Below are positions 28,485 through 38,187 of a DNA stretch of 64,000 nt, in pieces. Where the stretch lies: NCBI GenBank assembly GCA_009392915.1, contig CP045477.1, positions 256,001 to 320,000 on the forward strand, in the 5' to 3' direction. Within the stretch, counting starts at the first letter, position 1. Each line of letters opens with the position of its first letter. The position numbers and the translations under genes are program-made. The notes beneath the pieces were generated by a model that was not told where the DNA came from, searched no databases, and saw only the letters and a program-made list of their open reading frames with translations. Source of the DNA: Candidatus Forterrea multitransposorum CG_2015-17_Forterrea_25_41 (GTDB lineage: Archaea; Iainarchaeota; Iainarchaeia; Iainarchaeales; CSSED10-239).

Positions 28485-29447
28485 ATGGCTAAATCAAATT
28501 CTTTATCTAAAAATTTTTTAGTTGAAAATTTTAATCCAAGGTATAAAGAAAAGAAACCTACTTTTTCTTCAAGAACAATAAGCATATTATCTGAAGTTAA
28601 ATCTGAACAATTATTTTTAAGAAACTTTAAGCAAGCTAAAGAAGAATATTCAAAAATTAAAAAAGAATTAAATCCTGTTTTTGAAAAAAGAAAAAAAGAA
28701 AATCTTGCAAAATTTAATGATTATTTATCTCTTGAAAGAACTTCTGTAAAAAATCTTTTAGATTTTTTAAGTAATAATGATCAAAAGATTAGAAGAATAA
28801 AAAATATGATTGAAAGTAGAACTAAATATTCTTCTGATATTAAATTAAATAAAGCTCAACAATTTTATTTAAAATATTTAAATCTAATGTTAAGAAAAAG
28901 CGATCAATTACTTTATTATTTAAAAGAAATGAAAGCAATTCACAATCTTCCAAAAAGTAAAGAACTTCCTAAAAGATATTCTGATAAAATAGATGAACTT
29001 AAACTAAGATTAAAAAAAATGTCTCATAGAAAAAGATATTTATTAGAAGAAAAAGATTATTCTTTAAATTTTTTAAGTAATAATTTACCAAATCTTAAAT
29101 CTGATTATAAACTTAAAGCAGCTGGTGAAGGGAAAGAAATTATTAATGCTGAAAATCATCATGAATCACAAATTAAAAATATTGATTCACAATTAAGTGA
29201 TATTGAAACTAATACTTTAAGACTAAAAAAAAGAATTGAAGAATTAACAAAGCAAGGCCATGAAGAAAATCTTAGATCTTTTATTTCTCAAGAAAAAAAG
29301 AAGATTCCAGTTCTTAAAAAAAAATTTAAAGAAAAATTTCCTGATTTTATAACTCTTTATCAAATTTTCATGGAAGAAAGAAATAGTATTGAAGAAAAAT
29401 TTTATATTGACCTTTATCTTAATGGTAAGTTAAGTAATATTAAATAA
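28485..29447 (+). CDS. Hypothetical Lys-rich coiled-coil protein (320 aa).
   Basis: Long K/E/L-rich heptad-like sequence with no catalytic motif recognised. Confidence 0.4.
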   Translation: MAKSNSLSKNFLVENFNPRYKEKKPTFSSRTISILSEVKSEQLFLRNFKQAKEEYSKIKKELNPVFEKRKKENLAKFNDYLSLERTSVKNLLDFLSNNDQKIRRIKNMIESRTKYSSDIKLNKAQQFYLKYLNLMLRKSDQLLYYLKEMKAIHNLPKSKELPKRYSDKIDELKLRLKKMSHRKRYLLEEKDYSLNFLSNNLPNLKSDYKLKAAGEGKEIINAENHHESQIKNIDSQLSDIETNTLRLKKRIEELTKQGHEENLRSFISQEKKKIPVLKKKFKEKFPDFITLYQIFMEERNSIEEKFYIDLYLNGKLSNIK

Positions 29448-29526
29448 ATTTTAATTTTATATTATATAGTTTCTTTTTTAAATATATTGCCTTATATAAT
29501 ATATTACTTAAAATATGTGATTATAT

Positions 29527-30990
29527 ATGCCTTCAGATGAAAAATATAAAATAAAAGATTTAAACGAATGGTTTAATGATATTATCTTTAAAGCAGAACT
29601 TATTGATGTAAGATATAACTTAAAAGGTTTTACTGTATTTAGACCAAGATCTGTTTTTTCAATAAGTAAAATGTTTAGAATATATGAAGATAAGTTTAAT
29701 GAAACTGGTCATCAACAAGTAATGATGCCTGCATTAATACCTGAAGAAAATTTTTTAAAAGAATCAGATCATATTGAAGGCTTTACTCCTGAAGTTTTCT
29801 GGGTAACTAAACATGGAGATGAAGATTTTGAACAAAAGTATGCATTAAGACCAACTTCTGAAACTGCATTTTATTATATGTTTAAATATTGGGTACAAAG
29901 TTATAGAGACTTACCTTTAAAAACATATCAAAGAGCAAATGTTTTTAGATTTGATTCAAAAGCTACAAAACCATTTATTAGAGGTAGAGAATTTTACTGG
30001 TATGAATCTCATAATATTTTTGAAACTTTACAAGAAGCAGTAAATCAAGTTTATGAAGATATGCAAATAACAGAAGATATGCTTCATGAAGAATTTGGTA
30101 TACCATTTATTTTCTTTAAAAGACCACAATGGGATAAATTTCCAGGAGCTGTAGATACTTTTGCAGCAGATACTATTTTAGATAATGGAAGAATATTACA
30201 ACTTCCTTCAACACATCTTTTAGGAACTAAGTTTACTGAAACTTTTGATGTTAAGTTTAAAGATAAAGATGATGAAATGAAATATCCTTTTGGTACTTGT
30301 TATGGTCCTGCAATTTCAAGAATATATGGTGGAATGATTTGTGTTCATGGAGATTCTCTTGGTTTAAGAATACCTTTTGATTTAGCTCCTGTTCAAATAA
30401 TTTTAGTTCCTTTATATTTTAGTGATTTTGATAATACTAAATTAGAAGCATTTTGTTTAGATATAGCACAAGATTTAGATAAACTTGGATATAGAGTAAA
30501 AATAGATGATCAGACTTCAAAAACTCCAAAAGAAAGATTTTCAGAATATGAAATGAAAGGAATCCCTATAAGAATAGAAATTGGTCCAAAAGATATTTTT
30601 TCAGGAACAGTTGTAATCTTTAGAAGAGATTTAAATGAAAAGAAAAAAGTTGATGTTGCAGATATTTTTGATGAAATAAAACTTATTGAATCTGAGTTTA
30701 TAAATAATTTAAGATCTCAAGCAGATGAAGTTTTTGAAGAAAAAATTATAACTGTTAACAACATGGATGATTTAAAAGAAGTTATAGATGATAACCTTGT
30801 TGCAAGAGTACCATTTTGTTCAATAGATATGGATGGTAAAAATTGTTTTGAAGAACTTAAAGCAGAAACAAAAGGTGGAGACATTAGAGGAGTAAGGATG
30901 GATGTTAAAGAAGTTCCTGAAGAAAATGATGTTTGTGTTGTTTGTAAAAAGAAAGCTCAATCTATTGTGTATGTAGGTAAAAGTTATTAA
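29527..30990 (+). CDS. proS: Prolyl-tRNA synthetase, archaeal/eukaryotic type, with a C-terminal zinc-binding domain.
   Basis: Class II motifs (FRPRSVF, RPTSETAFYYMF...YRDLPLKTYQRANVFRFD). Anticodon-binding domain. C-terminal CVVCKK...YVGKSY. Confidence 0.9.
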   Translation: MPSDEKYKIKDLNEWFNDIIFKAELIDVRYNLKGFTVFRPRSVFSISKMFRIYEDKFNETGHQQVMMPALIPEENFLKESDHIEGFTPEVFWVTKHGDEDFEQKYALRPTSETAFYYMFKYWVQSYRDLPLKTYQRANVFRFDSKATKPFIRGREFYWYESHNIFETLQEAVNQVYEDMQITEDMLHEEFGIPFIFFKRPQWDKFPGAVDTFAADTILDNGRILQLPSTHLLGTKFTETFDVKFKDKDDEMKYPFGTCYGPAISRIYGGMICVHGDSLGLRIPFDLAPVQIILVPLYFSDFDNTKLEAFCLDIAQDLDKLGYRVKIDDQTSKTPKERFSEYEMKGIPIRIEIGPKDIFSGTVVIFRRDLNEKKKVDVADIFDEIKLIESEFINNLRSQADEVFEEKIITVNNMDDLKEVIDDNLVARVPFCSIDMDGKNCFEELKAETKGGDIRGVRMDVKEVPEENDVCVVCKKKAQSIVYVGKSY

Positions 30991-31031
30991 TTTCTTTTAA
31001 AAAAGCTTTAATAATTAAAAGGTAAAATAAA

Positions 31032-32783
31032 ATGGAATTTAGTTTAGTATCTAAATATTTTCAAAGACTTGAAAAAACTTCAAGTCGTCTTGAAATGAGA
31101 AATATATTGTCAGAATTATTTTCTATTTGTTCTCTTGATCAAATATCTAAACTAATTTATTTTTGTCAAGGAAAGATTGGTCCAAAATATAAAGGTAAAG
31201 AAATAAATATTGGACAATCTACACTTATTGTAATTTTATCAAGATATCTTGGACATACTGTAAGCACAATTTCAGATAAATTTAAAGAACTTGGAGATTT
31301 AGGTTTAGTTGTTGAGAGCTTATCTTCAGGAAAAAAACAAGAAACTCTTTTTTTAAAAAAACAATCTTTTCTGCAAGTTTACTCTTCTTTTGAAAAAATG
31401 ACAGAGATTGATGGAAAGGGTGCAATTGATACAAAAATAAAAATATTTGAATCTATTCTTTATAATGCAGATAATCTTTCTGCTAAATATATAATAAGGT
31501 TTCCAATTTCCTTAAGATTAGGTTTTTCAGACTCAACAATTATTGATGCTTTATCCTTATTGGAAGAAGATGAAGAAAAACAAAAAGAAGCAAGAGATTT
31601 AATTTTAGAAAAATACAATTTAGTTTCTGATCTAGGACTTATTGCAAAACAATTTAAAGAAAATAAAACTCAAGGTATTAAAGAATTATCTGTTCAACCA
31701 TTAATTCCTTTAAAACCAGCTCTTTGTGAAAGATCAAAAGACTTAAATGAAATTTTTGAAAGACTTGGTAAAGATGGAGATTTTTTAATTGATTCAAAGA
31801 TTGATGGTTTTAGAATGCAAGTACATAAGCTTAATGATACAATTAAAATATATTCTAGAAATGAAGAAGATATAACTTCTATGTTTCCAGATATAACTTC
31901 TAATATTTTAAAAATCAAACATAATTTTATAATTGATTGTGAAGCAATAGGTTATGATCCTATTAATAAAAAATATCATGATTTTCAAGTAACAATGCAA
32001 AGAAAAAGAAAATATGATATTTCAGAAAAATCAAAAGAACTTCCTTTACATTTAAAAGTTTTTGATATTATTTATTTTGATGAAAAAAAGATTTATCTTT
32101 TACCTTTTAAAGAAAGAAGAGAGCTTTTAGAGAAATATTTTAATATTCCTCCAGTAATCTCTCCAACAAAAATATTAATTACAAACAATCTCTTAAATTT
32201 AGAAGATTTCTTTCTTGAAATGAAAGATTCAGGTTTTGAAGGTTTAATTGCAAAAGACCTTAATTCTCCTTATAGTGCAGGATCAAGAGGCTTTAATTGG
32301 ATTAAATACAAAAAATCTTATGATAAAGAAAATTTAGATACAATTGATGCTGTTATTATTGGTGGTTTTTTTGGACAAGGTAAAAGAACAGTTACTGGTC
32401 TAGGTGCAATTTTAGTTGCTTTATATGATGAAACAAAAGATTGTTATTTTTCTCTTGCAAAAGTTGGAAGTGGACTTAAGGATGAAATTTTAGTTGAGCT
32501 TTCTGAAAAGTTAAAAAAAATAACAATTCCAAAAAAACAAGATAATATAGTTTCAAACATTGAGCCTGATTTTTATGTTCTTCCAAAAATAGTTGTTGAA
32601 GTTAATTATGATGATATTACAGTTAGTTCTGTTCATACAGTTCCATTACTTAACAGAAATGAAACTCTAGCACTTAGATTTCCAAGATTTATAAAATACA
32701 GAACAGATAGAACAGAAAAAGATACAACCTCTCTTAAAGAGATTGCAAGACTTTTTTCTCTTCAAGAAAAATCATTTTCTTAA
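31032..32783 (+). CDS. lig: ATP-dependent DNA ligase.
   Basis: Adenylation motif I with catalytic Lys (FLIDSKIDGFRMQVH). OB-fold region. Motif VI-like C-terminus. Length 583 aa. Confidence 0.85.
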   Translation: MEFSLVSKYFQRLEKTSSRLEMRNILSELFSICSLDQISKLIYFCQGKIGPKYKGKEINIGQSTLIVILSRYLGHTVSTISDKFKELGDLGLVVESLSSGKKQETLFLKKQSFLQVYSSFEKMTEIDGKGAIDTKIKIFESILYNADNLSAKYIIRFPISLRLGFSDSTIIDALSLLEEDEEKQKEARDLILEKYNLVSDLGLIAKQFKENKTQGIKELSVQPLIPLKPALCERSKDLNEIFERLGKDGDFLIDSKIDGFRMQVHKLNDTIKIYSRNEEDITSMFPDITSNILKIKHNFIIDCEAIGYDPINKKYHDFQVTMQRKRKYDISEKSKELPLHLKVFDIIYFDEKKIYLLPFKERRELLEKYFNIPPVISPTKILITNNLLNLEDFFLEMKDSGFEGLIAKDLNSPYSAGSRGFNWIKYKKSYDKENLDTIDAVIIGGFFGQGKRTVTGLGAILVALYDETKDCYFSLAKVGSGLKDEILVELSEKLKKITIPKKQDNIVSNIEPDFYVLPKIVVEVNYDDITVSSVHTVPLLNRNETLALRFPRFIKYRTDRTEKDTTSLKEIARLFSLQEKSFS

Positions 32784-33341
32784 AAATTTATTTACTTTCT
32801 TTTCAGTAAATTTTTGTATATTTAGTTTATCTTTTTCTATGTTTAAAGCACTACCAAATATATAAGAACTTGAGGCAATACCACAAAAACTTAAGATGTT
32901 TTTTGTAAGACCTTTTGTAAATTTATTACAAGTAAATAAATTATATATTTTTGGAGCTCCTGAAGTTGTTAAAACTAGTGCTTTTTTATTTTTTAAAAGT
33001 CCTCTTGGAATAGAATTTACATATTTATAAGCAAAACCAGGAGTAAATACTCTATCACAAAATCCTTTTAAAATTGCAGGCATTGTTCCCCACCAAATAG
33101 GGTAGATAAATATTAGTTTATTGCTTTCTTTTATTTTTTCTTGAATTTTTTTAATTTCATTTGAAGTTTCTCTATTAAGTTCTTCTTTTCCTAAAATAGG
33201 ATTAAATTTCATTTTATAAAGATCTAATACTTGATAGTCTATTTTTTGTTTTTTTAAAATTTCTGTTGTTTTTGTAAGTATCTCTTTATTATAGCTTTCT
33301 TTATCTGGATGTGAATACACTATTAATATTTTTGATTTCAT
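32772..33341 (-). CDS. Flavodoxin-like fold NAD(P)H:quinone oxidoreductase family protein (Flavodoxin_2/MdaB-like).
   Basis: N-terminus KILIVYSHPDKESYNKEIL...IDYQVLDLYKMKFNP is typical of the FMN-dependent NAD(P)H dehydrogenase (quinone) family. Convergent with lig, overlapping it by 12 nt. Confidence 0.6.
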   Translation of the reverse strand: MKSKILIVYSHPDKESYNKEILTKTTEILKKQKIDYQVLDLYKMKFNPILGKEELNRETSNEIKKIQEKIKESNKLIFIYPIWWGTMPAILKGFCDRVFTPGFAYKYVNSIPRGLLKNKKALVLTTSGAPKIYNLFTCNKFTKGLTKNILSFCGIASSSYIFGSALNIEKDKLNIQKFTEKKVNKFLRK

Positions 33342-33421
33342 TTTTTAAAACCTCTTTTTTTCTTCTAAAAATAAAAATAGAAAAGAAGACTTTATTTTAA
33401 AAATCTTCTTTTATTAACGAT

Positions 33422-34132
33422 TTAATATTGTTTAATTGATGACCACATAATTTCATCATGTGGATTAATTTCAATTCCTTTTGGTGTTATAAACAAAGGA
33501 TGTACTTTTTGATCATGTTTAGTTCCTCTTAGTTTTCTAATGAAAATTGATCTGTGAGGTGGTATAAAGTAAAGCATAAAAATTCCATCTACAACAAATT
33601 CTTCAACACCAAATGCAGAAAAGTCATGTGGTCCTCCAGAAGTTTCAGCTGTTAGCATAGTTGTACAATCTAAATCTTTTAAATAATCTGAAAATCTAAA
33701 AAGAAGATTTCTTAATTTTCCAGGATCAGTTATCCATGCAGAAAAAGCTGTTGTTGAGTCAATTGTAAGTCTTTTTGCACCAATATCTTTAACCATAGAT
33801 GTTATAATATCAAGTTCTTTATCTATTTGTGGTTCTATTGGTTTTCTTGGGTCAATATGCATTCTGTATATTTTCATTAAATCTCTTTGTTCAAGTGATT
33901 TAATATCCCATCCAAAGTTTTCCATGTTCCAGACAATATTTTTAAGATTGTCTTCAACAGTTACAAAAAGACCTGGTTCTCCGTATTTTTTAGCCCCTTC
34001 ATAAATAAAAGTGGTTGCAAAAATAGTTTTTGCAGAACCTGCACCTCCTGATACTAAGACAGACGCTCCTCTAGGGATTCCTCCATCTATAAGTTCATCA
34101 AAGCCAATAACACCAGTTGGTACTCTATCCAT
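33422..34132 (-). CDS. KaiC/RadB-like RecA-superfamily ATPase (236 aa).
   Basis: MDRVPTGVIGFDELIDGGIPRGASVLVSGGAGSAKT... matches KaiC-domain/COG0467 architecture. The P-loop reads GGAGSAKT (Ala in place of the usual Gly before Lys). Confidence 0.7.
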   Translation of the reverse strand: MDRVPTGVIGFDELIDGGIPRGASVLVSGGAGSAKTIFATTFIYEGAKKYGEPGLFVTVEDNLKNIVWNMENFGWDIKSLEQRDLMKIYRMHIDPRKPIEPQIDKELDIITSMVKDIGAKRLTIDSTTAFSAWITDPGKLRNLLFRFSDYLKDLDCTTMLTAETSGGPHDFSAFGVEEFVVDGIFMLYFIPPHRSIFIRKLRGTKHDQKVHPLFITPKGIEINPHDEIMWSSIKQY

Positions 34133-34463
34133 TTTTAATACACCTTTTTTTAAATATTTGCTTATATATATTAAATATAAACATATAATATAATGTAAGG
34201 TAAGTTATTTAAAAGTTTACTTTATTTTAAACTAATTTTAATAATATTTATAATACATAAAAAACTCTTAAAAAGCTGTTTTTTGAAGTAAAAAACACAT
34301 CTATTTAAAAAGTTTTTGTATGTAAATTACTTTATGCTCTTATTATCATCTCTCTATTTATCTATACCGACGAATTTTACAAAATATATATATTTATCAC
34401 TATTTAAATTTAGAGCAAAAGAGTTTATGAGATTATATTTATAAGTATAGCTTTTTTAAGAAG

Positions 34464-34823
34464 GTGTTTATTTTGGATCAAGAAGATTTTATAATGGAAG
34501 AAGAAAATTTAGAAGAAAAAGATTCTTCAGAAGATGAAGAAAAAGTTTCAAAAGTTAGAAAATTAAGTAAGAACAGAAGACAAAGAAGACTTAAGGATGA
34601 AATTGTACATAATTTTATACCTCTTCACACTATTGCTGATGAAAAAGATTTAGCAGAGCTTTCTTTAAAGAATATATTTGTTGAAAAACTTCCTTTAATT
34701 TTAATTACTGATTCTGCTTTAAGACATTTAGAAGTTAAAGTAGGCGATGTCATTAAAATAAAAAGAAAAAATGAAATCATTGGGGATGTTTATTATTATA
34801 GAAGGGTTGTAGCTGATGAATAA
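34464..34823 (+). CDS. rpoH: DNA-directed RNA polymerase subunit H (Rpb5 homolog) with a ~45-aa charged N-terminal extension. The start may be the GTG at 34464 or the ATG at 34494.
   Basis: C-terminal 75 aa (HNFIPLHTIADEKDLAELSLKNIFVEKLPLILITDSALRHLEVKVGDVIKIKRKNEIIGDVYYYRRVV) match the RpoH fold signature. Sits immediately upstream of rpoB2, as in archaeal RNAP operons. Confidence 0.8.
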   Translation: MFILDQEDFIMEEENLEEKDSSEDEEKVSKVRKLSKNRRQRRLKDEIVHNFIPLHTIADEKDLAELSLKNIFVEKLPLILITDSALRHLEVKVGDVIKIKRKNEIIGDVYYYRRVVADE

Positions 34824-34885
34824 ATCATTCTTTTTAAGCAACCTTTTTTTTAAATTTTTTAAAAAAAATATAAATGTGATTGTAA

Positions 34886-36340
34886 ATGGATAATTGGCCA
34901 TTAATTGAATCTTATTATAAAACTGCAGGACCTATAGATCAAATTTTAAAATCTTTTGATCAATTTATTGAGGAGAAAATTCCTGAAATTGTTGAAGAAT
35001 ATTCAGATGTTGAATGTAATAACAATGTTAGAATTAAACTTGAAAATGTAGAAATTTTTAAACCTGAAATTGTTGAAGCAGACAGAAGTGCAAGATTAAG
35101 ACTTACACCAATGGAAGCAAGACAAAGAAATATTAATTATGCAGGTGCTATTTATTTAGATATTAAACTTTACAGAAAAGATGTTTTAATTGATGAAAAA
35201 AGAACATATGTTGGTGAAGTTCCTATTTTAGTAAAATCAAAATACTGTAACCTTAATGGTCTTTCAGAAGAAGATTTAATTGAGCAAGGAGAAGATCCTT
35301 TAGATTTTGGTGGTTATTTTATAATTAATGGTTCTGAGAAAGCTTTAATTACTCAAGAAGTTTTAGCACTTGATAGAATTTTAATTAGTGAAACTTCAGG
35401 TGTTGTTAAAGCACAAGTAATCTCTGTTAAAGGAGCTTTTAAAGGTAAAGTTAAAGTTGAAAGAAATTTAGAAGGATTAATGTATATTTCTTTTCCATCT
35501 TCTCCAAGAAAATTAGCTCTTGTTGAACTTTTAAATGCCTTAGGTATTATAAAAGAAAAAGATATTGTTGATCTTTTCTCTGATGAAAAAGTTATAAATA
35601 ATGAAATATTATTAAATATTGATAAAATTGGATGTACAACAGAGCAAGAAGCTTTAGATAAAATTGGAAAAGCAGTTGCTCCTTCTCAAACACAATCCTA
35701 TAGATTAAGAAGAGCACAAGAAGTTATTGATTCTTTCCTTTTACCACACATTGGTCAAGATAAAAAAGATAGAGCTGCAAAGGCTTTCTATTTAGTAACA
35801 ATGACAACAAAAATCATTGAAAAAGTCTATAAGTTAAGAGAAGACGAAGATAAAGATCACTACTCAAACAAAAGACTTGAACTTTCTGGAAAATTAATGG
35901 AAAATTTATTTAGATATTCTTTTAAACATTTTGTAAATGATTTAAAATTCCAGATTGATAGAACAATTTCAAGACATAGAAAATTAAATATTACAACAGT
36001 AATTAGACCAGATGCAATTTCTGATAGAATCAGATTTGCTGTAAGTACAGGAACTTGGGTTGCAAATGTTACTGGTGTTTGTACTTTCATGGATAGAATG
36101 AATTTTATAGCTCCATTAACTAACCTTAGAAAAGTTAAATCAACTCTTGATTCTCAAAGAGAGCTTTATGAAGCAAGAGATGTACATGGAACTCACTGGG
36201 GAAGATTATGTCCAGTTGAAACTCCTGATGGTCCTAATTGTGGTTTATCTAAAAACCTTTCTATTCTTTCAAGAATTACAACTGATGTAAGAAGTGAAAG
36301 TATATTAAAAACAATAGATATTGAAGAAATTAAATTGTGA
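34886..36340 (+). CDS. rpoB2: DNA-directed RNA polymerase subunit B'' (N-terminal half of the split B subunit).
   Basis: Rpb2 N-terminal homology (protrusion and lobe region). Followed 6 nt later by the B' half. Confidence 0.9.
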   Translation: MDNWPLIESYYKTAGPIDQILKSFDQFIEEKIPEIVEEYSDVECNNNVRIKLENVEIFKPEIVEADRSARLRLTPMEARQRNINYAGAIYLDIKLYRKDVLIDEKRTYVGEVPILVKSKYCNLNGLSEEDLIEQGEDPLDFGGYFIINGSEKALITQEVLALDRILISETSGVVKAQVISVKGAFKGKVKVERNLEGLMYISFPSSPRKLALVELLNALGIIKEKDIVDLFSDEKVINNEILLNIDKIGCTTEQEALDKIGKAVAPSQTQSYRLRRAQEVIDSFLLPHIGQDKKDRAAKAFYLVTMTTKIIEKVYKLREDEDKDHYSNKRLELSGKLMENLFRYSFKHFVNDLKFQIDRTISRHRKLNITTVIRPDAISDRIRFAVSTGTWVANVTGVCTFMDRMNFIAPLTNLRKVKSTLDSQRELYEARDVHGTHWGRLCPVETPDGPNCGLSKNLSILSRITTDVRSESILKTIDIEEIKL

Positions 36341-36346
36341 AGACTT

Positions 36347-38164
36347 ATGCCTATTAATAAAAGTAAAATATATATAAATGGAAGTTTAGTTGGATTTCAT
36401 AACAATCCACTAAAATTAAAGCAAGAGCTTTTAAAAAAGAGAAGAAAAGGAGAAGTTGATGACCAAGTAAACATTGCTTTTAATCAAGAGACAAATGAAA
36501 TCTACATCAGTACTGATAGTGGAAGAGTTCAAAGGCCTTTGATTATTGTTGAAAATGGAAAATCAAAATTATCTGCTGATCTTGTAAAAGATATAAAAGA
36601 CCAAAAAATAGTTTGGGATGATCTTGTAAAAGATGGTGTTTTAGAGTATTTAGATGCTGAAGAAGAAGAAAATGCATTAGTTGCTTTAGATGAAAAAGAA
36701 TTAACTCCAGATCATACTCACTTAGAGATTTCTGGAACTGCTATTTTTAGTGTTATTTCATCAATGATTCCATTTATAAATCACAACATGGCTGGTAAAG
36801 CTATTCACGGTGCTAAAGTTTTCAAACAAGGTGTTGGTATTCCTTCTGCAAATTACAGAAATAGATTTGATACTGAAATGCATGTTCTTTATTATCCTCA
36901 AAGAACATTAGTAACTACAAGAACAGAAGAAATGATTCAATCTTATAGAAGACCAATGTCTCAAAATGCAGTTGTTGCTATTATGCCTTTTAAAGGATAT
37001 AATATGACTGATGCTTTAATAATTAATAAAGGTGCAATTGAAAGAGGAGTTGGAAGATCTTCATACTATAGAACTTATTCTGCTCAAGAAAACAGATATC
37101 CTTCAGGACAAGCAGATGAATTTATTGTCCCTGATGAAACAATTGTTGGATATAGAGGAGATGAAGTTTATAAAAATTTAGGTGCAGATGGAATTGCAAA
37201 TGTTGAATCTTATGTTGAAGAAGGTGGAGTTGTTATTGGTATGTCTTCCCCTCCAAGATTTGTTGAAGAAATCTCTGAGTATGGTGTTGTTTCTGAAGAA
37301 AGAAGAGAATCTTCTGTAACTTCTAGAAGACACTTAAAAGGTTATATTGACAAAGTTATGTTAACTCAAACTGTTGGTGGTGTTAAAATTTGTAAAATTA
37401 AAGTTAGATCAGACTTTATCCCACAGACAGGAGATAAATTTTGTTCAAATCACGGACAAAAAGGTGTTATTGGTGCTGTTATAAACGAAGAAGATATGCC
37501 TTTTACATCAAATGGTATGAAACCTGATTTTTTATTAAACCCTCACTCAATTCCTTCAAGAATGACTATTGGTCACTTACTTGAAACTATTGGTGGAAAA
37601 GTTGCTTCTTTAAAAGGAGAAATTATAGATGGTACTCCTTTCTATATTGATAAAGATAATCTTTTAGAAACTTTAAAAGCATATGGTTTTAGAGAAGATG
37701 GTAAAGAAACATTTTATGATGGAACTACTGGAGAAAAAATGGAAATGCCAATTTTTGTAGGTCCAGTTTCATTTAAAAGATTATATCACGTTGTTACAAA
37801 TAAAATACAATCAAGAGATACAGGTTCTATACAATTATTAACCAGACAACCAACCGAAGGTAAAGAAAAAGGTGGTGGACTAAGATTTGGTGAAATGGAA
37901 GGAGATGCTTTAATTGGTCATGGATCAGCTATGCTTTTACATGAAAAATTAATTGATTCTGCTGATGAACTTGAAGTCCATGTATGTTCTGATTGTGGAA
38001 TGATTGCAATTGATGATAAAATTAGAAATAGAAAATATTGTCCTATTTGTACAAATGGTACAATTGAAAAAATAAAAATTAGTTATGGTTTTAAGCTTCT
38101 TTTAGATGAACTTAAAGCTTTAGGTGTGTATCCAAAACTTGAAATTGGAGACAAAATAAATTAA
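36347..38164 (+). CDS. rpoB1: DNA-directed RNA polymerase subunit B' (C-terminal half of the split B subunit).
   Basis: Rpb2 C-terminal motifs (GEMEGDALIGHGSAMLL). C-terminal Zn ribbon CSDCGM...CPICTN. Confidence 0.9.
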   Translation: MPINKSKIYINGSLVGFHNNPLKLKQELLKKRRKGEVDDQVNIAFNQETNEIYISTDSGRVQRPLIIVENGKSKLSADLVKDIKDQKIVWDDLVKDGVLEYLDAEEEENALVALDEKELTPDHTHLEISGTAIFSVISSMIPFINHNMAGKAIHGAKVFKQGVGIPSANYRNRFDTEMHVLYYPQRTLVTTRTEEMIQSYRRPMSQNAVVAIMPFKGYNMTDALIINKGAIERGVGRSSYYRTYSAQENRYPSGQADEFIVPDETIVGYRGDEVYKNLGADGIANVESYVEEGGVVIGMSSPPRFVEEISEYGVVSEERRESSVTSRRHLKGYIDKVMLTQTVGGVKICKIKVRSDFIPQTGDKFCSNHGQKGVIGAVINEEDMPFTSNGMKPDFLLNPHSIPSRMTIGHLLETIGGKVASLKGEIIDGTPFYIDKDNLLETLKAYGFREDGKETFYDGTTGEKMEMPIFVGPVSFKRLYHVVTNKIQSRDTGSIQLLTRQPTEGKEKGGGLRFGEMEGDALIGHGSAMLLHEKLIDSADELEVHVCSDCGMIAIDDKIRNRKYCPICTNGTIEKIKISYGFKLLLDELKALGVYPKLEIGDKIN

Positions 38165-38187
38165 AAACTTTATAAAAAGGATTAATT

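Noticed and set aside
34334-34444. 36-aa hydrophobic ORF (MLLLSSLYLSIPTNFTKYIYLSLFKFRAKEFMRLYL) in the rpoH upstream region
   Set aside because: It is short, shows no RBS, and overlaps the likely rpoH core promoter/TATA region. It is mentioned only in connection with the repeated 19-mer and is not called as a gene.
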